From a virus, in the IMG/VR virus record IMGVR_UViG_3300010885_077086, positions 1 through 64,000 of that record: a stretch of 64,000 nucleotides of DNA; one strand, written 5' to 3'. The notes beneath the pieces are model-generated. The model ran no database searches. It saw only the letters and a list, made by a program, of their open reading frames with translations, and was not told the DNA's origin. Positions 58,325 through 64,000 of this stretch are shown here, one piece after another (within the stretch, counting starts at the first letter, position 1; the number at the start of each line of letters is the position of its first letter). The position numbers and the translations under genes were made by a program.

Positions 58325-58648
58325 TTAGGACTCCTTCACGCTAATTATCATAACATCATGCTTGCAGTCTTTTGTCTGACAGGCACCATAGGCTAAAAAC
58401 TTTGCGTTACCAGACCACTGATTAACAACTTCTATAATCTCGGATGGAAGCTTTCCTTTTGATAGAGCCTTCTCTTGATCTGGTGTAAAATAAAATGAGC
58501 CTGACTTATTTAGTGAGACTGACTTTCCCTCTCCCCACTTTGGAAGCGGAATGGAAAGATCAATTATAGCAGAGGAAACTTCGCCACAACCCGATGTTGT
58601 GATCGGATTACCATTCTTATCAGAACCCTGACAAACAAACCTAAACAT
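58325..58648 (-). CDS. Hypothetical Cys-containing protein
   Basis: Start re-called at MFRFV behind AGGAG. Confidence 0.6.
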   Translation of the reverse strand: MFRFVCQGSDKNGNPITTSGCGEVSSAIIDLSIPLPKWGEGKSVSLNKSGSFYFTPDQEKALSKGKLPSEIIEVVNQWSGNAKFLAYGACQTKDCKHDVMIISVKES

Positions 58649-58682
58649 AAAGCTCCTTATAGCAGGACTCCCCGCTACGGAT

Positions 58683-58710
58683 AATATAAGCACCGTGAGC
58701 GGGGAGTCAA
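58683..58710 (-). promoter_or_regulatory. Early promoter inside an inverted repeat
   Basis: TTGACT-N16-TATATT with CGGTGC. Confidence 0.7.
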
Positions 58711-58728
58711 CAGGCTGTGTTTAAAAGA

Positions 58729-58965
58729 TCAATCGCCAGTGTGACGGAAGCCTTCCGTTGAACAAGTAACCGGAGGAACGTATGATGGTAGACTTGGAAA
58801 AAGAGGAAGCTGAGTTGGCAAATTTGGAGTTACCTTTGTCAAAACAAGATTAAGATGACTCTTAATCTCTTCAACCTGTCGCTCATTCAAGTCCTTTGGG
58901 CCATTTAGATGTTGAGAAAGCTCAAGATATCCCTGAAGCCAAAAAACAAACTGATCGCTAGTCAT
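58729..58965 (-). CDS. Conserved phage protein
   Basis: FVFWLQGYLEL...HLNLV..KVTP. Confidence 0.65.
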   Translation of the reverse strand: MTSDQFVFWLQGYLELSQHLNGPKDLNERQVEEIKSHLNLVLTKVTPNLPTQLPLFPSLPSYVPPVTCSTEGFRHTGD

Positions 58966-58966
58966 T

Positions 58967-59299
58967 TCAGCCTCCTACCTTTTCTAGCTCAGAGTTTAGC
59001 CAAGCATCAAGAGCACCCTTTGCCATATTGCCAGACTTACGAGCAACCTCTACTCCATTGTGAAATAGAACCATAGTTGGAACGCCCATTATCTTTAAGG
59101 ATTGGGCGGCAGATGGACTATCATCAATATCAAGATCAAACACAGGAAGAGAGGCTAACCTCTCTTCAGCTACTTTTTCTAGTGTTGGTGCCAATGCTCT
59201 ACAGGGATTACACCAGGTAGCACCAGCCTTTACAAGAGCAGTTTTATTAGTTCCAATAGAATTCTTTAGAGTTTTATCAGTTGCAGTTTTAACAAACAT
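58967..59299 (-). CDS. trxA: Thioredoxin
   Basis: WCNPC, GVPT. Confidence 0.9.
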   Translation of the reverse strand: MFVKTATDKTLKNSIGTNKTALVKAGATWCNPCRALAPTLEKVAEERLASLPVFDLDIDDSPSAAQSLKIMGVPTMVLFHNGVEVARKSGNMAKGALDAWLNSELEKVGG

Positions 59300-59308
59300 T
59301 TTATCTCC

Positions 59309-59746
59309 TTATTTTAGCTCAAAACCGTGATCTTCTTTAAGTTTGCTTTTAATATGACAGGCACTGCAGATGTTTCTAATCCAGCCCTTTGTCTGATAGG
59401 TGGCTTTATCTCCACAGGTCTCACAAATCTTGCCAGACATCGCTTCTGCCATATGAATTAATCCATCGGTATAGTCATCACCACCAGATCTGTAGAAGCG
59501 AAGTGTTCCAAATTTTTCTTTAACCTGCGTTGCAATCAGCTGAAGAGCTTCTTTTGCTTCATCCGTTTTAAGATCCCTACTTTTAAAATCAATATGACCT
59601 TGGATATTTCTGCATAATACATCTAGAAGATCATACCATCCATCGCCACACTCTATACCATAGGTTGTATATGGCTCGGAAAGATCGGATGTTCCAAATA
59701 TTTTAGGATACTTATCTTTTAAGGCCTTTTCTTTTTCTGGTGACAT
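59309..59746 (-). CDS. Conserved phage protein
   Basis: ECGDGW...QVKEKFGTLRFY...CETCG. Confidence 0.75.
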   Translation of the reverse strand: MSPEKEKALKDKYPKIFGTSDLSEPYTTYGIECGDGWYDLLDVLCRNIQGHIDFKSRDLKTDEAKEALQLIATQVKEKFGTLRFYRSGGDDYTDGLIHMAEAMSGKICETCGDKATYQTKGWIRNICSACHIKSKLKEDHGFELK

Positions 59747-59760
59747 AATATTATACCTTG

Positions 59761-60024
59761 TTAATCCGTTGGGTTTATTGATAGTAAATATATTGGATCT
59801 TTTATGTCTAGATAGGCGCTACAGTAATGGCCTGTTTCATCGCCCAATCCATCTCTGCCATTAACACCGTTACAGATAAGACATTCGTCTGCATAAGTTC
59901 CACCAACATCATTTAGCCATGGATTTTCTTTTGCAAAGCTGGCGCTAGAAACAATCATTTTATGATGCGATTGGTAGTGGTGACCACAAATACATTGTCC
60001 AGAAAAATACTGCTTAGTAAGCAT
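59761..60024 (-). CDS. Cys/His-rich hypothetical protein
   Basis: CICGH...H. Confidence 0.55.
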   Translation of the reverse strand: MLTKQYFSGQCICGHHYQSHHKMIVSSASFAKENPWLNDVGGTYADECLICNGVNGRDGLGDETGHYCSAYLDIKDPIYLLSINPTD

Positions 60025-60054
60025 ATTTTGTTGCTTCTTCTTTTTCTGGGAACA

Positions 60055-60561
60055 TTACTCTACCTTGGCGTCAATTTTGTTATCTTCTAGAATCTGCTTC
60101 TTTAGCTCATAAGAATGTCTGTAGTCTGTCTTGCCATTCTGATGGTAGAAAGCAATATAGGATGAGAAGTAGCTTTTTTCTACAGCATGATTCTCAACAA
60201 AGAACCAGGTTCCTTCTGCTAGATTTTTCTGAATCTCATCAAAGAGAGAGATAGGATCTTCGTCATAGTAATCCTCATCTTCCTCTTCTTCATCTAGCTC
60301 TTCGTCACCCTCTTCAGAAGATTCTTCATTAAGTGCTGAGGCTCTGATCTCTGGACCGGAATCACAGAATCCATCACCAATAAATTTGAAGGTTCTATCG
60401 CCATATTCATAGAGCTTGATATAGGCATCGCTAGCTAGATAGCCAGACTGAAGATTTCCTTCCTCGGCTAGAAGATCAACGATCTTATTAATATACTCTA
60501 CTGCTGCATCATCTTTTAGAATGAACTTTGAGGTGGTATAGCGATCAACTGTAACAGACAT
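60055..60561 (-). CDS. Acidic hypothetical protein
   Basis: 168 aa, AGGAG RBS. Confidence 0.65.
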   Translation of the reverse strand: MSVTVDRYTTSKFILKDDAAVEYINKIVDLLAEEGNLQSGYLASDAYIKLYEYGDRTFKFIGDGFCDSGPEIRASALNEESSEEGDEELDEEEEDEDYYDEDPISLFDEIQKNLAEGTWFFVENHAVEKSYFSSYIAFYHQNGKTDYRHSYELKKQILEDNKIDAKVE

Positions 60562-60689
60562 TGTTATTTCTCCTATGGTTTAAATTGAGCAATAAAGGCA
60601 GATGTGGCACAGATATCAATTCCCTCTGAACACCTTGATATTATTATCAGCCATGATAAATTATACGCCTAGCTGGAGATTGAACGAGA

Positions 60690-61055
60690 TTAATCTTTTA
60701 GCTGCTTCTTTCTTTCTTCAAATCGCTTCTGCCAACGCTTAACATCGTCAAGAAGATGAAGGTTTTCTGTCTTGTAATTCCCAAGGTGACCAAAGAATAG
60801 ATGGCAGTTTACGCCATACTTCTTTGTCTCGCAGAGTGAGATTAAATTGGAAGGCTCCAGCTCAAGCTCTGGTGCAATATGAAATGGCTTTATGTGATGA
60901 ACTTCGACATCAACATTACAGCCACAAACAGCACAGACCGGAAACTCTTTTAGATGGGCTTCTCTTACTTTTGGCCAATCTTTAGATCTTTTTTGGCTCC
61001 AGTCTCTCTTTTTGTCAATAAGGACTTCTTTTATTTCTTTTATTTTAGATATCAC
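60690..61055 (-). CDS. Small HNH endonuclease
   Basis: CAVCG, VHHIKPF, NLISLC...NCH. Confidence 0.85.
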   Translation of the reverse strand: MISKIKEIKEVLIDKKRDWSQKRSKDWPKVREAHLKEFPVCAVCGCNVDVEVHHIKPFHIAPELELEPSNLISLCETKKYGVNCHLFFGHLGNYKTENLHLLDDVKRWQKRFEERKKQLKD

Positions 61056-61079
61056 AACTATATGCTATGATATTAGTAA

Positions 61080-61280
61080 CTACCTTGTAGTTCCAACTCT
61101 TCCAATCTTTCCATCAGAAAGAATCTTTTTTATATCCTTTCCAAGATCTTCCACTCCAGCTCGAAACGGTTCTATAAAAACGAACGCGGCTGCAACGATT
61201 GCAATAACAATTACTGAGATTAGTAGCATATATTCTACGGTGGATTGACCCTCTTCGTCTTTTAAAAGCTCTTTTAACAT
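61080..61280 (-). CDS. Flp (type IVc/Tad) pilin
   Basis: DEEG|QSTVEYMLL prepilin site, E+5/Y+6, hydrophobic helix; 66 aa. Confidence 0.85.
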   Translation of the reverse strand: MLKELLKDEEGQSTVEYMLLISVIVIAIVAAAFVFIEPFRAGVEDLGKDIKKILSDGKIGRVGTTR

Positions 61281-61537
61281 TATTTTATCTCATCAACAGA
61301 CTGATCAATCTCTGGATTCCAGTCAGTTCTCAATTTGATGAGAGGATTAAAGTTTGCCTTCTTTCTCTCTAAGACAAGCTGTGACTGCGGCTTCTGAAGA
61401 ACGCCTTCTATCTCTAGCTCTTCAAAGTCAATCTCAGTTTTATTTTTATAAACTATTTTTGCTTCACCATCTTCGGCAGCATGAGCAGCATGTGGCGGAA
61501 GAAGGATTAGGGATAAAATTAAAGCTTTTCTTAGCAT
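61280..61537 (-). CDS. CglF/GltF-like adventurous gliding-motility protein
   Basis: Signal peptide (AHA) then YKNKTEIDFEELEIEGVLQKP...RKKANFNPLIKLRTDWNPEIDQS. Confidence 0.7.
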   Translation of the reverse strand: MLRKALILSLILLPPHAAHAAEDGEAKIVYKNKTEIDFEELEIEGVLQKPQSQLVLERKKANFNPLIKLRTDWNPEIDQSVDEIK

Positions 61538-61570
61538 TGAGCCTCCAGCAATATATAAATATATTACCAG

Positions 61571-61936
61571 CTACTCCTTGCTAGACTCTAGCCAATTTTC
61601 AATGTCTTCATCTGACATTGTTTGAAGCTGCTCAATTGTAAGAGAGTTAAGATCTCTCTTTCCGTCCCAAGGAGCCTTTTCATAAGGCCCATCAATATCA
61701 AAAATGGGATACTTCATACAATCTCTCAATATTCTTTCTAGATCCAGCTTTAGACCGTCTTTAACAGCCTCCTCTGTATCTCCCTCCTCAGCATCAGCAT
61801 AAGATTCAACAGGCTCTTTGGTGCAAGAATGTGGAGCAAGAGGATCTTTATCATAATAAAGCTCTCCAACACCATAAAATCTATGCTCTGGTTTTAGTTT
61901 ATTTCTGTATCTTACAATTCCATAACGCCAACGCAT
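61571..61936 (-). CDS. Conserved phage protein
   Basis: MRWRY...ELYYD. Confidence 0.6.
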   Translation of the reverse strand: MRWRYGIVRYRNKLKPEHRFYGVGELYYDKDPLAPHSCTKEPVESYADAEEGDTEEAVKDGLKLDLERILRDCMKYPIFDIDGPYEKAPWDGKRDLNSLTIEQLQTMSDEDIENWLESSKE

Positions 61937-61944
61937 TATTCCTC

Positions 61945-62127
61945 CTAGCAGCTAACTCTTGGATCTGAAAGACTATCCTCTCTTGACTTTATATCGGCGG
62001 ATCTCAAAATAGACTCCCTTGAAAATGAGATTATAGATCCATCTTCAAGAATTCCTTTTATAGTAGGAGTATTCTCTGAGGTTTCGTCAATTTCTACTGT
62101 AAGAATTACCTTTACTTTCTTTTTCAT
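61945..62127 (-). CDS. Hypothetical protein
   Basis: 60 aa. Confidence 0.5.
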   Translation of the reverse strand: MKKKVKVILTVEIDETSENTPTIKGILEDGSIISFSRESILRSADIKSREDSLSDPRVSC

Positions 62128-62130
62128 TTT

Positions 62131-63189
62131 TCACCCGTTGTATTTGCAAAATTCATCATAAGCAATAGATAGCGGCTCGATATTTAGCATGGCGCTAGAC
62201 AGAACATGGCGAAGCTTTGGATGATTGATTGCAATATCCTTTCTTGACATGCCAGATCTGATCAACTCTTTTGTCTCTTCCCACTCGGATTCTACCGATG
62301 CCTTATATTTTACCCATCGTTCATCAATGGCATCAATCTTTTGATTTATCTCAGCAAAAAATTCATCTGGAATACCATCCATTGAGAACTTTCCTGCTTC
62401 CTTTCTTTGCATCCAAAGATTAAAAATTCCAGAGTCAGATAGGCCGGTGACTACCTTATGAAGCTGAACATAAGTTTCGGTCTTAATCTTGCAGCGTTTT
62501 CCCTTAATATTTTTAAGAACGACACCTTCAAAGTTTGGATTAAGCTCCTTCTTGATTAGATCATAAGAAAACTCTTCTGCGGTCCAAAGCTTTGGCATTT
62601 GGAATCCAAAGCCGTCTGCATAAGACCTGATCTCTTCTTCGGTTGCTTCAGCGGCAGATTGAGTATCAACAATTCCAAGAAGGATTAGGGAATCCTTCTC
62701 ATAATTTCTTACAACATTGATATTTGATGGGCCAACCAACTCAAAAAGATAGGTCTTTTTGTGATCCGCACCAGAAATAAAGCGTTTGCTGAGAAGATTT
62801 GGAGCGGAGAGAGCCTGGTCTGATGCCCAGCTTCCACGAGTAATAGTGTGCCAAGATCCTTCCCACCAAAATGCTACAATTAGCGATCCATCTTCCTTAG
62901 TCCAAATCTCTGAGATTTTATCTGGAGAGAATTCTGAAGATGAGGCTCCAAGCTCTTCAAAATTAAAGAACTTCTCAAATGGTCTGGCAACAACCTTTCC
63001 TTCATTGGAGATTACGAGGCCACGACAAATAGAATTGACTTCGTTAAAAGCTTTTGAGAACTGAGTTTGCTCAGTGTAGTTATAAATAGAAAGCGGGAGG
63101 TTTGAGTGGGGAATTCTGCGAACTCTACCCAACTCAACCTCTACCGCTAAGTTTGCCAAAAATTCTGCGCTTAACATTAGTGTAGCCAC
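62131..63189 (-). CDS. T4 Rnl1-like RNA ligase
   Basis: CRGL, RPFEKFFN, KEDGS, TRGS, FEL, EGVV, KIK. Confidence 0.88.
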   Translation of the reverse strand: MATLMLSAEFLANLAVEVELGRVRRIPHSNLPLSIYNYTEQTQFSKAFNEVNSICRGLVISNEGKVVARPFEKFFNFEELGASSSEFSPDKISEIWTKEDGSLIVAFWWEGSWHTITRGSWASDQALSAPNLLSKRFISGADHKKTYLFELVGPSNINVVRNYEKDSLILLGIVDTQSAAEATEEEIRSYADGFGFQMPKLWTAEEFSYDLIKKELNPNFEGVVLKNIKGKRCKIKTETYVQLHKVVTGLSDSGIFNLWMQRKEAGKFSMDGIPDEFFAEINQKIDAIDERWVKYKASVESEWEETKELIRSGMSRKDIAINHPKLRHVLSSAMLNIEPLSIAYDEFCKYNG

Positions 63190-63485
63190 TCCGAATTAAA
63201 TAGAAACCATTCCATATACTCTGGATATTCTTTAGAAATATGTGATACAAACTCTTCTTGGGTACATCTCAAATCCCCAATATAAAAAAAGCTTTTATAA
63301 CCTATTCTATCCTGCGGGCTGTCTATTTGCCACAAAATAGAATAATCATGATCTGGAGGCTTATATACTCTAATATGTGATAGAGAAATTACTGAGCTAT
63401 TTCTAATGAACACTTTATTTCCAACGTTTTCTTTTGCAATATCATTCCAATGCTCTAGGCCATTCAGTGTTATAAGCTTAATCAT
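63177..63485 (-). CDS. 'EWxLFN' tail family protein
   Basis: FVSHISKEYPEYMEWFLFNSEWL. Confidence 0.65.
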   Translation of the reverse strand: MIKLITLNGLEHWNDIAKENVGNKVFIRNSSVISLSHIRVYKPPDHDYSILWQIDSPQDRIGYKSFFYIGDLRCTQEEFVSHISKEYPEYMEWFLFNSEWLH

Positions 63486-63618
63486 CCTTGCCTTCCTTCT
63501 TGTGCTTTACCTTTCTAGAAGATCCTTTCTTTATAGAAAGGATCCTGTTTCGGTGAGGGCCAGCACCAGCACCACCGCGAAGAGAATGTGCAACAGAGAT
63601 TGGATTCTTCTTTTTCAT
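63478..63618 (-). CDS. Small basic protein (46 aa; ArfA-like motif)
   Basis: MKKKNPISVAHSLRGGAGAGPHRNRILSIKKGSSRKVKHKKEGKDD; overlaps both neighbours. Confidence 0.55.
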   Translation of the reverse strand: MKKKNPISVAHSLRGGAGAGPHRNRILSIKKGSSRKVKHKKEGKDD

Positions 63619-63905
63619 AACTTTTCCAAATTGAATTGTGCAGAATAGACCGGAGCTTCTAGCACAGGAGAGACTTCTACCTCAACAACTTCAAGTCCTA
63701 AGACAAACTCAATGCTACCCTCAACCTTCATTCTTCTTGCTTCTTTTGAAGCATTTGTTATAAATGCTTTTGCTGGGCCAACATTACCAAAAAGCTTAGT
63801 CTTTCTTCCGAATGGAAAAAACTGATTTTTATAAGCTGGAGTATAAAAGCGTCCTGACTCAGAAAAAGTCTGAGTTGGACGATGATAAATTGCATAAAGT
63901 TTCAT
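63615..63905 (-). CDS. Hypothetical protein
   Basis: LYAIYH...KLFGNVGPAKAFI. Confidence 0.6.
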   Translation of the reverse strand: MKLYAIYHRPTQTFSESGRFYTPAYKNQFFPFGRKTKLFGNVGPAKAFITNASKEARRMKVEGSIEFVLGLEVVEVEVSPVLEAPVYSAQFNLEKL

Positions 63906-64000
63906 GGCTTACTCTTGCGATAGATTTGTCAAAAACTCAACAAGAGTAGTGACAGGCACATCAGTTGAGTTTCCATACCTTGGTTGATGATCTGAGATCC

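Noticed and set aside
61048-61073. Start-occluding hairpin on the third HNH gene
   Set aside because: Only a ~6-bp AT-rich stem; too weak to claim.
10285-63648. Many short antisense or nested ORFs in the track (e.g. 10285, 12945, 21249, 30112, 56893, 62786)
   Set aside because: They overlap well-supported genes, lack RBS or motifs, and reflect codon bias.
1-64000. Bacterial chromosome origin
   Set aside because: Housekeeping genes are isolated among orphans and phage-type families, without their normal operons.

Overview
This 64 kb window is a dense, AT-rich segment of a large (jumbo-type) tailed-phage genome, mostly coded on the - strand. It carries host-like genes: MoxR AAA ATPase, guaB, purA, a DHH phosphoesterase, groEL, clpP, uvsE, two deaminases (one frameshifted), glmM, Fe/Mn SOD, infA, lysS, thioredoxin and cyanophycinase. 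It also has an ATP-dependent DNA ligase, an Rnl1-like RNA ligase, a methyltransferase, two lysozyme-fold enzymes, three endonucleases and many orphan ORFs. I found no tRNA, rRNA or CRISPR array. Main findings: (1) an overlapping gene pair for a CglF/GltF-like gliding-motility protein and an Flp (Tad) pilin, pointing to a predatory Myxococcota/Bdellovibrionota-type host; (2) eight proteins sharing a C-terminal P-x-x-x-[ED]-W-x-L-F-N-like tail; (3) a basic helix/K-x-A tag on many probable virion cargo proteins; (4) a dispersed HEAT-like paralog family; (5) a conserved TTGACY-N16-TAnATT promoter, three copies of which sit in long inverted repeats; (6) T4 I-TevI-style hairpins over the starts of two homing endonucleases. 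All calls come from motif recognition by eye; no database searches were run.
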